A DNA stretch of 64,000 bases from Squalus acanthias. Lineage: Eukaryota. The stretch is taken from NCBI GenBank assembly GCA_030390025.1, contig CM059432.1, positions 36,582,001 to 36,646,000 of the forward strand, in the 5' to 3' direction. The notes under the pieces were generated by a model. The model saw nothing but the letters and a program-made list of their open reading frames with translations, made no database searches and had not been told where the DNA came from. Of this stretch, positions 1-11,704 are shown in pieces. Positions within the stretch are counted from its first letter, which is position 1. Each line of letters begins with the position of its first letter. A program made the position numbers and the translations under genes.

Positions 1-9
1 TTGGTTATC

Positions 10-128
10 TGCCCTAATTTCTCCTTATGTGGCTCGGTGTCACATTTTTTGTCTTGTAATACTCCTGCGAAGTGCCTTGGAACGTTTTACTACGTTAAAG
101 GTGCTATATAAATACAAGTTACTGTTGA
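10..128 (+). mobile_element. L2-type LINE/SINE 3' tail fragment
   Basis: ...aaggtgctatataaatacaagtt tail; near-identical copies at 40394-40513 (+) and 20835-20985 (-). Confidence 0.6.
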
Positions 129-589
129 TTTGAAAGTTTTCATGTTTAAACCACCCTCCCCCCCCCCCCCCCATCTTGAAGCAAGAATATATAAGTTGCC
201 ATGTTATCAAATTGCTTGAAATTGGAAATTAGTAGGGTCTATGCATGTAATTTATCAGGATATAGCAGTTTTTCCTCCAATTTCCTTCCCCTACTCTGCC
301 TGAAGGTACCGACTCATGTTTTGTTTTAATTACACAGGCTCCATCCACTTGCCTGTATTTCACCCACGTGGCCATTCTTCACCTTGTGAATCTAGACAGC
401 AAATGTTGGCATGGCATTCGGCCAAAGCCCCAGGAGTTGCTGCATAGTGATCAGAAGCAAGAACCCAGCCTAGTCGTTCCTTTTCCAGTGGCACTGAAGC
501 CAGTAGTAGTGTGCAGGCTGTGATTAGCAAACTCAGAACGGGAATTAAACCTGTAATGTTGTGGTTTGTGTGGCTCAGCAGCATACCAG

Positions 590-1685
590 CTTGACTCAGT
601 TGGTAGCACACTTGCCTTTGAATCAGAAGGTTCTAGGATCAAACCCCATTCCCTGACCTGAGCACGTAATCAAGGCTGACACTTCATTGCAGTGTTGAGG
701 GATATACTTCATTGTCAGAGTTCCTATTGTTGGATACTTCTTTCCTTATCCTTTAAATAGATTCGTACAACTAGAGACAGTAATATGCTTGATAATTCAC
801 TTCATTGGTTATCGACAAAACAGTAACCTTGAACACCCTAACCAATGACACAGAGTAACACACGTAAGTCCCACATCTGAGACTCACGTGCTTAGATATT
901 GATGAGAAATCATGAAGATAGCTTCTCCAAGCCTGTTCATGACCCAGGGTCTCTTTTTTCTTCCTAACTAAGTAAAAACATGGCATTTGCCTTAAACACT
1001 TTCTTTGGGTCTCTTCCTGCCGAATGCATGTTTTACAATCACCCATTTGTTTCAAATAATTTGCCAGAGATGAGAGGCCTTGTACCTTTTCATAGCAGAC
1101 TGTTACTTCCTATTATTGCTCTCCTAAACCATGGCCCTGTTGGAAACAATCCTCTGATGTATGCACTCATAGCATCCTCTGCTGTGATAATAGCCTGTGT
1201 TTCAAAAGCTTTTCTTATCAACAGTATCTAGATGGGTTTTGGAGAACATGACAGGAAAAGATGGGCTTTTTTGAGAACACAGTTGGAAGCCAATCCTTCC
1301 AATATTACAGCTTTTGTCTCTGTTACAAATAAAAGCAATGTAAAGGCATATCGATATTCTAACAGCTATCGTTCGATGCAATGCTAAACCAAGGTCCTGT
1401 CTGCCTGTTCCTAGGGTTCAAATGGATGTTAAAGATCCTATTGCACTATTTGAATAGCAGTGAGTTTCCCATTGTCCAAGCCAACATTCATCCCTCAACC
1501 AACACCACCAAAAAAAACCTTTAACTTGCCATTCATCTCATTGCTGTTTGTGGGATCTTGCTATGTGAAAAATGGCTGCTTCATTTAGCTCCATAACTCA
1601 TTACACTTGAAAGTAATTCATTGTGTTTGAACTATTTTAAGATGTTTGAGAGTTGTATTGAGATGCTCTATAAATGCAAGTCTTT
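590..1685 (+). mobile_element. DeuSINE (SacSINE1/AmnSINE-like), split by an insertion at 728-1364
   Basis: tRNA-like head at 590-655, Deu-like core ggatgttaaagatcc...gcactatttgaa, tail tataaatgcaag. Confidence 0.65.
728..1364. mobile_element. Solo-LTR-like insertion
   Basis: TGTTGGATA...TATTCTAACA termini with flanking cctat/gctat imperfect target duplication; interrupts the DeuSINE. Confidence 0.45.
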
Positions 1686-1776
1686 ATACTAAGCCATCAG
1701 GGATGGCTGTAGTTTTCCCTCATTCTGATGCTACAAAACAGACAGTGATACTGAAAACCCTTTGTTTTTGTTGCAG

Positions 1777-1954
1777 GTAACTGAGGCTAAGAGCCCAGTG
1801 AAGCTCCCCTCATCCAGACCATCATCTGCAGGTGTGACAAAAACATCCAGTAACACTACTATTAAGAGCAGTACAACATCGCTGCAAAAAATGGCTGCTA
1901 CTACTGGATCTACTCAGAGAAACACCACACTCTCTACCCCTAAAAGGCCAACAT
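1777..1954 (+). CDS. MAP4: MAP4 coding exon, Pro/Ser/Thr-rich basic region (gene starts upstream of window)
   Basis: tttgttgcag acceptor; reads VTEAKSPVKLPSSRPSS...TLSTPKRPT; donor T|GTGCGT (phase 1) joins in frame to the next exon to give PKRPTSIKTE, as in mammalian MAP4 (recalled). Confidence 0.85.
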
Positions 1955-1989
1955 GTGCGTATCGAAGTCTTGATGTCACTGGATATGTG

Positions 1990-2320
1990 AAGGGACTGTG
2001 TGCTGGGTTAGCTAACAACCTTCAACCCTTTGAGACATGGGTTTCAATTTGTCCTAGTTTGATGCATGAAAGTTTCCTCTACTTATAAAGGTTCCATGTG
2101 AGATGAATTTGGGAAGTCTGAATCCAGTTTCTAGTGGGCACGAGTCCCTAATTTGGCACTAATTGGTAGTCTCACCCAGAAAGGTCACAAGAAGACTTGC
2201 ATGGGAAATGCAAAAAAAAAGTCACATAGTAGGGGGTGCTTTTCTGAGAAGGCTGAGTGAAGGGAGCGTCTTGCTGCCTTTGGCTATGCTATACCTGACC
2301 TGGGTGTACTGGGTGCCTGA
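1990..2320 (+). mobile_element. LF-SINE-like element
   Basis: ccatgtgagatgaatttggg..gtctgaatccagtttctagtggg...atttggcactaattgg matches the recalled LF-SINE core; related copies at 12965-13280 (-), 15450-15520 (+), 48050-48260 (+). Confidence 0.6.
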
Positions 2321-2482
2321 ACTGGGAAAAGTTCCATTCCCCAGTACTATCATCCCTCACCTTAATGAGTGTAAATGGGAAGTTTCCTTCAGCTGCGCTT
2401 AGAAATATGAATAACCCGATATGCCTTATTCCAACTTTGTTGTGCCACTCTCAATCTAGCATTGGAGCAGTGACCTGTTGAC

Positions 2483-2741
2483 TTGCTATTTTTCATCATG
2501 ATTCAAATATGGTGATCCATCAAGCCGGTTCAGTCTGTCAACTTTGAAGATGAGGGTTGTGACTCAAGTACACTGATAGAGGATTGGCTCAATATCCAGT
2601 TGCTTAGCCTCACTCCATGGTGCAACTGCATGGCGTGAGGCCAAGGAACTGGATATTGAGCCAATCCTCCATCAGTGTACTTGAGTCACAATCCTTGTCT
2701 TCAAAGTCGACAGACTGAACCGGCTTGATGCATCACAATAT
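2483..2741. repeat. Long palindromic foldback/MITE-like element; outer right arm displaced to 8362-8388
   Basis: 2507-2619 is the reverse complement of 2629-2741 with roughly ten mismatches. Confidence 0.9.
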
Positions 2742-2932
2742 AAGAACATAAGAAATAGGAGCAGGAGTAGGCCAATTGGCCCCTCGAGCCTGCTCCGCCA
2801 TTCAATAAGATCATGGCTGATCTGATCCTAACCTCAAATCTAAAGAACACAAGAAGTAAGAGCAGGACCCGGCCACTCAGCCCCTGGGCCCGCTCCGCCA
2901 CCCACAGGGCCCTGACCGATCCGAACTCAGCC

Positions 2933-5819
2933 TCATGTCCAATTTCCTGCCCGCTCACCGTAACCCCTAATTCCCTTTACCTCTAGGAAACTATCTATTC
3001 CTGTTTTAAATTTATTTAATGATGTAGCTTCCACAGCTTCCTGGGGCAGCAAATTCCACAGACCTACTACCCTCTGGGTGAAGAAGTTTCTCCTCATCTC
3101 AGTTTTGAAAGAGCAGCCCCTTATTCTAAGATTATGCCCCCTAGTTCTAGTTTCACCCATCCTTGGGAACATCCTTACCGCATCCACCCGATCAAGCCCC
3201 TTCACAATCTTATATGTTTCAATAAGATCGCCTCTCATTCTTCTGAACTCCAATGAGTAGAGTCCCAATCTACTCAACCTCTCCTCATATGTCCACCCCC
3301 TCATCCCCGGGATTAACCGAGTGAACCTTCTTTGTACTGCCTCGAGAGCAAGTATGTCTTTTCTTAAGTATGGACACCAAAACTGTATGCAGTATTCCAG
3401 GTGCGGTCTCACCAATACCTTATATAACTGCAGCAATACCTCCCTGTTTTTATAATCTATCCCCCTAGCAATAAAAGCCAACATTCCGTTGGCCTTCTTG
3501 ATCACCTGCTGCACCTGCATACTAACTTTTTGATTTTCTTGCACTAAGACCCCCAGATCCCTTTGCACTGCAGTACTTTCCAGTTTCTCGCCATTAAGAT
3601 AATAACTTGCTTTCTGATTTTTCCTGCCAAAGTGCATAACCTCACATTTTCCAATATTGTATTGCATCTGCCAAATCTCCGCCCACTCACCCAGCCTGTC
3701 TATATCCCCTTGTAGGTTTTTTATGTCCTCCTCACTTTCTACTTTCCCTCCCATCTTTGTATCATCTGCAAACTTTGATATGTTACACTCGGTCCCCTCC
3801 TCCAAATCGTTAATATAGATTGTAAAGAGTTGGGGACCCAGCATCGACCCCTGCAGAACACTACTGGTTGCCAGTCCGAGAATTAACCATTTATCCCAAC
3901 TCTCTGCTTCCTGTTAGATAACCAATCCTCCACCCATACCAGAATATTACCCCCAATCCAGTGATTTTTTATCTTGAGCAATAATCTTTTATGTGGCACC
4001 TTGTCGAATGCCTTCTGGAAGTCTAAATACACTACGTCCACTGGTTCCCCTTTATCCACCCTGTACGTTATGTCCTCAAAGAACTCAAGCAAATTTGTCA
4101 GACATGACTTCCCCTTCATAAAGCCATGCTGACTTTGTCCTATAAATTATGTTTATCTAAATGTTCCGTTACTGTCTCCTTAATAATAGACTCCAAAATT
4201 TTACCCACCACAGATGTTAGGCTAACTGGTCTATAATTTCCAGCCTTCTGCCTACTACCCTTTTTAAATAAGGGTGTTACATTAGCAGTTTTCCAATCTG
4301 CCGGGACCTTTGCTGAGTCCAGGGAATTTTGGAAAATTATTACCAAAGCATCCACAATCCCTACTGCCACTTCCCTCAAGACCCTAGGATGTAAGCCATC
4401 AGGTCCAGGGGATTTATCCGCCTTGAGTCCCATTATTTTACTGAGTACCAATTCCTTAGTGATTTTAATCGTATTTAGCTCCTCCCCCACTAGAGCCCCC
4501 TGTTTGTCCAGTGTTGGGATATTCTTAGTGTCCTCTACCGTAAAGACTGAAACAAAATATTTGTTCATCATTTTTGCCATCTCCATGTTTCCCACCATTA
4601 ATTTCCCGGTCTCATCCTCTAAGGGACCTACGTTTGCCTTAGCCACCCTTTTTCTTTTTATATAACTATAGAAACTCTTGCTATCTGTTTTTATATTTTT
4701 TGCTAATTTATTTTCATAATCTATCTTCCCTTTCTTAATCAATCCTTTAGATACTTTTTGCTGTCTTTTGAAGACTTCCCAATCTTCTATCCTCCCACTA
4801 AGTTTGGCTACCTTATATGTCCTTGTTTTTAGTCGGATACTATCCTTAATTTCTTTACTTAGCCACGGAAGGCTGTCATTTCTTTTACACCCTTTTTTCC
4901 TCAGTGGAATATTTTTTTTTTGAAAGTTGTAAAATAACTCCTTAAATGAACACCACTGCTCATGTACCGTCTTACCCTTTAATCTATTTTCCCAGTCCAC
5001 TTTAATCAATTCCGCTCTCATACCATCATAGTCTCCTTTATTCAAGCTCAGTACGCTTGTTTGAGAACCAACCTTCTCACCCTCTAATTGGATATGGAAT
5101 TCAACCATGTTATGGTCACTCATTCCAAGGGGATCCTTAACTAGGACATTATTAATTAATCCTGACTCATTACACAGGACCAGGTCCAAGGTTGCTTGCC
5201 CCCTTGTAGGATCAGTTACATACTGCTCAAGAAATCCATCCCTAATACACTCAATAAACTCTTCCTCAAGGCTGCCCTGCCCAATTTGATTTGTCCAGTT
5301 AATATGATAGTTAAAATCCCCCATAATTATAGCTGTTCCCTTATTACATGCCCCAACTATTTCCTGATTAATACTTCTTCCAGCAGAGTTGCAACTATTA
5401 GGAGGCCTATATACTACTCCCACTAGTGTTTTTTTCCCCTTATTATTCCTTATCTCCACCCAAACTATTTCATTATCCTGATCCTTTGACCCAATATCAT
5501 TTCTCTGTATTACAGTGATTCCTTCCTTTATTAACATAGCCACCCCACCTCCCCTTCCTTCCTGCCTGTCCTTCCTGATTGTTAAATACCCTGGCATATT
5601 TAGTTCCCAGTCGTTGTCACCCTGCAGCCATGTTTCTGTAATGGCCACAAGATCATATCCATACGTAGTTATTTGTGCCGTTAACTCGTCCATTTTGTTA
5701 CGAATGCTACGTGCATTCAGATAAAGAACTTTCAAATATGTTTTGTGACACTTAGTTCCTGCTTTTTCCTTTTTTAACACTTTACCTTTTACTCCATACC
5801 TTCTGTCCCTTCCTGACAC
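2933..5819 (-). pseudogene. CR1 ORF2 (APE endonuclease plus reverse transcriptase), broken near 4140 and 3845-3885
   Basis: ORFs 4140-5819, 3883-4119 and 2933-3844 join into one typical CR1 ORF2. Confidence 0.92.
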
Positions 5820-5863
5820 GCTTTCCTCTGTCTCCCTGCTCAGGTGCCCAACCCCCTGCCACT

Positions 5864-6839
5864 TCAGTTTAAACCCTCCCCAACAGCACTAGCAAACACT
5901 CCCCCTAGGACAGCGGTCCCGGCCCTGCCCAGGTGCAGACCGTCCGGTTTGTACTGGTCCCACCTCCCCCAGAACCAGTTCCAATGTCCCAGGAATTTGA
6001 ATCCCTCCCCCTTGCACCATTCCTCTAGCCACGTATTCATTTGAAATATCCTCCTATTTCTACTCTGACTAGCACGTGGCACTGGTAGCAATCCTGAGAT
6101 TACTACCTTTGAGGTCCTATTTTTTAATTTACCTCCTAACTCCCTATATTCTGCTTTTAGGACCTCATCCCCTTTTTTACCTATATCGTTGGTGCCTATG
6201 TGCACCACGACAGCTGGCTGTTCGCCCTCCCCCTCCAAAATGTTCTGTAGCCGCTCCAAGACGTCCTTGACCCTTGCACCAGGGAGGCAACACACCATCC
6301 TGGAGTCTCGGTTGCGGCCGCAGAAACGCCTATCTATTCCCCTTACAATTGAGTCCCCTATCACTATAGCTCTTCCACTCTTTTTCCTCCCAGCCTGTGC
6401 AGCAGAGCCACCCATGGTGCCAGGAAGTTGGCTGCTGCTGCCTTCCCCTGATAAGTCATCCCCGCCTTCCCCTGATAAGTCATCCCCCCCCAACAGTATT
6501 CAAAGTGGTATATCTGTTTGAGAGGGGGATGTCCACAGGGGACCCCTGCACTACCTGCCTGCACCTCTTACTCTGCCTGGTGGTCACCCATTTACTTCCT
6601 GCCTGTACACCCTTTGCCTGCGGTGTGACCAACTCGCTAAATGTGCTATTCACGAGGTTCTCAGCATCGCGAATGCTCCAATACGCATCCAATCGCAGCT
6701 CCAGCGCTGTAATGCGGTCTGCCAGTACCTGTAGCTGGATACACTTCCCGCACACATGGTTGTCAAGGACACCGGAAGGGTCCCTGATTTCCCACATAGC
6801 ACAGGAGGAGCATACCACGGGGCCAAGCTCTCCTGCCAT
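5864..6839 (-). pseudogene. CR1 ORF1 (zinc finger/coiled coil plus SGNH esterase), frameshifted near 6484-6491
   Basis: ORFs 6480-6839 and 5864-6493 are consecutive halves; IVIGDSIVRG, HIGTNDI and DGLHL motifs. Confidence 0.9.
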
Positions 6840-7167
6840 GACTTACCCTTTAATTAATTCAAATTAAATTAAAACAAATCAATCCCACCAATTGCACTAC
6901 AGTTAAATGATATACTTAAGGGCCCTGGTTTACCAACAGTCCCCGCTACACCACAGAGAGCTTAGAAACTATAAACCACAGAGTTTAAGTTTAAAAAGAG
7001 AGAAATACTCACCAACCAATCACTTACCTGCTTTCTGGTGACATCACACTTCGATTACTTTTTACTTCTCTCCCTCCGAGCTCAGAGATTGGTACGCCTA
7101 CCTGGTCTCTGCCGCCTCTTAAACCTCGCCGCCGCCGCCTGGTTCCCCGCAGGTCCGCCGCCGCTTT

Positions 7168-8362
7168 GAATCATAGAATGGTTACAGCACAGAAGGAGGC
7201 CATTCGGCCCGTCGAGCCCGTGCCAGCTCTCTGCAAGAGCACTTCAGCTAGTCCCTCTCCCCCACCCTTTTCCCGTAGCCCTGCAAATTTTTTTCTTTCA
7301 GGTACTTATCCAATTCCCTTTTGAAAACATAGAATCTAGAAGCAGGAGTAGGCCATTCGGCCCATCGAGCCTGCTCCACCATTCAATACGATCATGGCTG
7401 ATCATCCAAATCCAGTACCCTGTCCCTGCTTTAATCCCCACAGTACACATATCCCACCCTACCCCCGTAACCCCACGTATTTAATTCCCCCTAACGTATC
7501 CCATCCTATCCCCATAACCCCACATATTTAATCCCCCCCTAACACTAAGGGTCAATTTATCATGGCCAAATCAACCTAACCCGCACATTTTTGGACAGCC
7601 ATGATTGAATCTGCCTCCACCACCCTTTCAGGCAGTGAATTCTAGATCCTAACCACTCACTGCGTAAAATAGTTTTTCCTCATGTCGCCTTTGGTTCTTC
7701 TGCCAATCACCTTAAATCTGTGTCCTCTGGTTTTTGACCCTTCCGCCAATGTGAACAGTTTCTCTCTATCTACTCTGTCTGGACCCATCATGATTTTGAA
7801 CACCTCTATCAAACCTCCTCTCAACCATCTCTGCTCTAAAGAGAACAACCCCAGCTTCTCCAGTCTATCCACGTAACTGAAGTCCCTCATCCCTGGAACC
7901 ATTCTTGTAAATCTTTTCTGCACCCTCTCTAAGGCCTTTACATCCTTCCTAAAGTGCGGTGCTCAGAATTGGACACAATACTCCAGTTGAGGCTGAACCA
8001 GTGTTTTATAAAGGTTCATCATAACTTCCTTGCTTTTGTACGCTATGCCTCTATTTATGAAGCCCAGGATCCCGTATGCTTTTTTAACCACTTTCTCAAC
8101 CTGCCCTGCCACCTTCAATGATTTGTGCACACATACCCCCAGGTCTCTCTGTTCATGCACCCCCTTTAGAATTGTACCCTTTGGTTTATATTGTCTCTCC
8201 TCGTTCTTCCTACCAGTATCACTTTGCACTTTTCTACGTTAAATTTCATCTGCCGTGTGTCCGCCCATTTCACCAGCCTGTATATGTCTTCTTGAAGTCT
8301 ATCACTATCCTCCTCACTGTTCACTATACTTCCAAGTTTTGTGTCATCTGCAAATTTTGAAA
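7168..8362 (-). mobile_element. 5'-truncated CR1 LINE (ATTCTATG-tail family)
   Basis: RT C-terminal fragments (QRDLGV, LEYCVQF, RFTRMVPG); tail catagaat on + strand. Confidence 0.9.
7327..7596 (-). mobile_element. Truncated HE1/V-SINE-like element nested in CR1
   Basis: Reverse strand reads gtccaaaaatgtgcgggttaggttgatttggccatgataaattg (V-domain-like) followed by a CR1-type tail; host CR1 resumes after it. Confidence 0.65.
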
Positions 8363-8583
8363 TTTGAAATCATGATGCAAAATAGCAGGCCTACCCCCCG
8401 AGCAGTCCTAAACTGGGATTCTATGGAGTATAAAGGAAGGGTGCTACTTTCCCCAGCAAAGAAAGAAAAATATAACTGTGTCTAAAGAGAGGTGTGGATA
8501 GTAGAGTAGGCAGTGGCAGTTAAAGAGCTAGCAGCAGACCAGTAGTATTAAAATGATCATAACTCTAAACATTTTATTTTCAG

Positions 8584-8646
8584 CTATCAAGACGGAATCT
8601 AAATCTGCAGAGGCGAAGAAGTCCCTGTCTGCAAAATCACCCTTGG
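8584..8646 (+). CDS. MAP4: MAP4 coding exon (63 nt)
   Basis: attttattttcag acceptor, G|GTAATG donor; (S)IKTESKSAEAKKSLSAKSPL; phase 1/1 fits both neighbours. Confidence 0.88.
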
Positions 8647-8703
8647 GTAATGTGGATTCACTTTGCTGCTGTTTCTTTTGTTATTTCTATTTCATCCCCT
8701 TAC

Positions 8704-8868
8704 CAACATTCCCTTTAAGCTGCGCGGCCGCACACCTGTCTCGCGGTTCTGCGTAGCGGGTGAGCCTGCTTCTCAATGCAAAAAAACGCGCATGTGCAGA
8801 AGTTTGAATGGGCTGCGCAGCCAATTAAAGGGGCAGCTCAACCAGAAAAAAAAATAGGGGGAACATTG
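8704..8868. mobile_element. hAT-type MITE
   Basis: TIR caacattccc...gggaacattg; 8-bp TSD ccccttac/ccctttac; relatives at 32414-32572 and 41560-41718. Confidence 0.8.
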
Positions 8869-9490
8869 CCCTTTACCACCCCCCCCCCACCCCACCCAAC
8901 CCACACAATATCCCTCTTTTTTTTCCCCTCCCCTGAACTGTTAGCTCCTTGCTTGGAATGTTGTCCTATGTGCACCAGCTGCCCTCTGGTACCTCATCTA
9001 AGTGGCCATTCTTGTGTGAGCCTGGACAGTAAGTTTTGGCTGACTATTCAAATCATGTGGGTCTTTACAACTGACCCCAATCCTGGCCTCATCCAATGTT
9101 CACACATGTGTATTTTACACCAGGGTTGCTAGTTAGTGATCAGGAACTGATTTTCTCCCCTCTCCCCACTAACGTGGTGCTGAGGTCAATTGCACCCCTC
9201 CCCTAACTTAGGGGTGCTGAGGCCAGTTGTTGACCACCTTTCCTTCCACCACAAGACCAGCTAACGGCAAAGACTGGGAATAAAACCTGAATTCTGATCT
9301 GAATGGTTCAGTTACCCACTGGATAAACTCACTGAGTCATTGGGCGACTCTAGACTTGTTAAACTGATTATGGATATTTGCCGGTGGCAGTCAGCTGGCC
9401 TCCAGTCAGAAGGTGGGTGGGAGGGTTGAGCACAGATTTGATCCTATCCTTGAAACGAACCTTGGTTTTTGATGCATTTGCTCCCATATA

Positions 9491-9884
9491 CAGGAAACTC
9501 TTTATTAACCGGCACCGACGGGACCGGCGTGGTGCCGGTTTATCGAAAGTACCGGATAACGGAGAGTTATATCTACCAAGGCTATTTTTAACAAAGAAAA
9601 ATAAATAAATCAAGAAATGTGCAGTATACTTCCGACAGCGCCAGGAGGCCGAGTAGTGGCACTTTTGAAAACTACCCCTACTGACTAAATCGGCGTTCTC
9701 GGACTCGGGATCGGCAACATTGCCGGTTATTTGAGAGGAGTTTTCGGAGTACTCGGCGTTCGCGGAGACTCGACTGCGACTCGGCAACATTGCCGGTTAT
9801 TTGAGAGGAGTTTTCGGAGGATGATTTTTGCCGGTTAAGCGAGAATTCCGGATATTTGGGTGCCGGATAAACAAAAGTTTCCTG
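9491..9884. mobile_element. Tc1/mariner (pogo/Tigger-like) MITE
   Basis: TA|CAGGAAACTCTTTATTAACCGGCACC...GGTGCCGGATAAACAAAAGTTTCCTG|TA; internal 39-bp direct repeat at 9711 and 9781; CpG-rich. Confidence 0.85.
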
Positions 9885-10281
9885 TAAATGTTTTCCTGTG
9901 CCAGATCAAAGCCCTGTTCCCCCAATAGGTCCCCCAATTTGACTTAACGACTTCACACAGTAATGAAACTATGAATTAAACTGCCCATGGAGACAGTCGA
10001 TCAGTCAATTTAAGAGAGAGCTGGGTGTTTTTATTTTTTGTTTGATGAAAGAACTGATTGAGGGGTATGAGTGTGCATAGTATGGAATTTTGAATTTTGG
10101 GACCAGCAAGATCGTTCAGTTGTCCTCCCAGTACTGTTCGCTCTTGTGGAATAATTCCTCATCTTTATCACAATTTCTCAGTCTGTCAGATTTATTTATA
10201 TTTTTAATCACTAGATCAGGCTGGTATAGGAACCAATGACATTTTTGGAGAAAATAGCCTGATTTTATTTTTTGACCTTAG

Positions 10282-10604
10282 GTGAGACAGGTCGTCCAAA
10301 GACTGCTTCCACAACCTCTGTTAGGAGCACTGGCACTACCCCAAGTACGCCGAGCACCCCGCTGGGCACCCCTGGAACACCATCGTCCAACACCGCTCGG
10401 GCATCCAGAACATTGGCACTGAAGACAACGGCTGCTTCGGAGGCCAAGAGGGTTGCACCCATTCCTCGCACGCCTTCAAAACCCATCGTAGCAGCAGCTA
10501 CAAAGCAACTGCGGCCAACCAGTGCCCCCGCTCCAGACCTGAAAAACATCAAGTCGAAAATCGGATCCACAGATAATATCAAACACCAGCCTGGAGGAGG
10601 GAAG
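10282..10604 (+). CDS. MAP4: MAP4 coding exon: proline-rich region plus microtubule-binding repeat R1
   Basis: ttttttgaccttag acceptor; ends [31 protein letters not shown]; canonical tau/MAP repeat with KIGS and PGGG. Confidence 0.95.
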
Positions 10605-11487
10605 GTAAGGGATTGCCTATTTTATTTGGAGGTAAATGAGAACATGATTTTGATTCCACTCCCCGTCAATCCAGTCCAATTGATGGTACAAAGTGCTAGA
10701 AATCTGAAATGAGACAACGCCAACGTCACTGGCGAATAAAGGCCACTTGGCTGATCAAAGCTCATCCCTCTAATATCCTAATTCTCCCATTAAAAGAAAG
10801 AAAGACTTGCATTTAAATAGCACTTTTCACGACCTCAGGACGTCCCAAAGTGCTTTACAGCCAGTTAAGTACCTTTGAAGTGCAGTTACTGTTGTAATGT
10901 AGGAAATTTTGAAAGTGCAACTGCATTTTGTAAGTCGTTCATGTATGTGCTTAACAGCTTATTCTAAACATGTTATTCTTCATAATTTCTATATCATTAA
11001 TTTTTGTCCTCTTCCCACTTGCCTAGTTTAAGATAACATTGAGTTTATTTATCTGTCCCATTTAATATTTGATGTATCTCGGTGAGCTCCACCTTCTCTC
11101 CAATTGTCTTGTTGCTGTGCTCTGCATCCCCTCCAGTGCATCTATTTATTTCGCCGTGTGGTGACCAGAACTGTACACAGTGCTCTAAGAAATGTCTGGC
11201 GAGTACTTTGTAGCTCCTCGTGTAATTTCTGGAGACTTGTATACTTCCAGAAAAGGGAAAAATATCAAGTCAGTCTGCACCTGACAGAGTAGGCTCAACA
11301 TCAGCACTGGGTCTGGCCTGAAGTCACAACCCCATTGTGATCGCCATGGGCTGGAGAATGAAGAAGGTTACCACCCAAGATGCCATCTCTCCCCAACCAG
11401 ATGCTGACTTAACCTGCAGCTTGTTTCCAGCATGTTCTGTTTTTAATTCTAATCTAACTGGACTGAGCAGAGTAATGCAGCTTGGCG

Positions 11488-11568
11488 TGGCGCTGTCCTG
11501 CCGTGGAGCGGCGCTGTCCTGCCGTGGCGCTGTCCTGCCGTGGCACTGTCCTGCCGTGGCGCTGTCCT
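11488..11568 (+). repeat. Short 16-bp tandem repeat (gtggcgctgtcctgcc), about 5 copies
   Basis: Directly visible. Confidence 0.85.
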
Positions 11569-11704
11569 GACACTGCAGAGTTGTTGGCCAAGATTGTACG
11601 GCATGTTCACCGTTGCTATTAACCAACCTCACTGCAGAGATTTCATCCATTTATAAATTACTTTAGGCAGCCCCCAAAGTCAAATCGAAGTATGGGTTAG
11701 AAAA

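Larger units (their letters stand above)
2742..7165 (-). mobile_element. Full-length CR1-clade LINE, recently inactivated
   Basis: GC-rich 5'UTR; ORF1 6839-5864 (CxxC...CxxC, coiled coil, GDS SGNH esterase); ORF2 5819-2933 (APE: NARS, ITETW, GDFN, SDH; RT: FADD); tail TTCTTATGTTCTT; few lesions. Confidence 0.95.

Noticed and set aside
5864..6493. Host GDSL/SGNH esterase gene
   Set aside because: It is the esterase domain of CR1 ORF1, in its normal position upstream of ORF2.
10265..10582. 105-aa antisense ORF over the R1 exon
   Set aside because: Shadow ORF of the real + strand exon.
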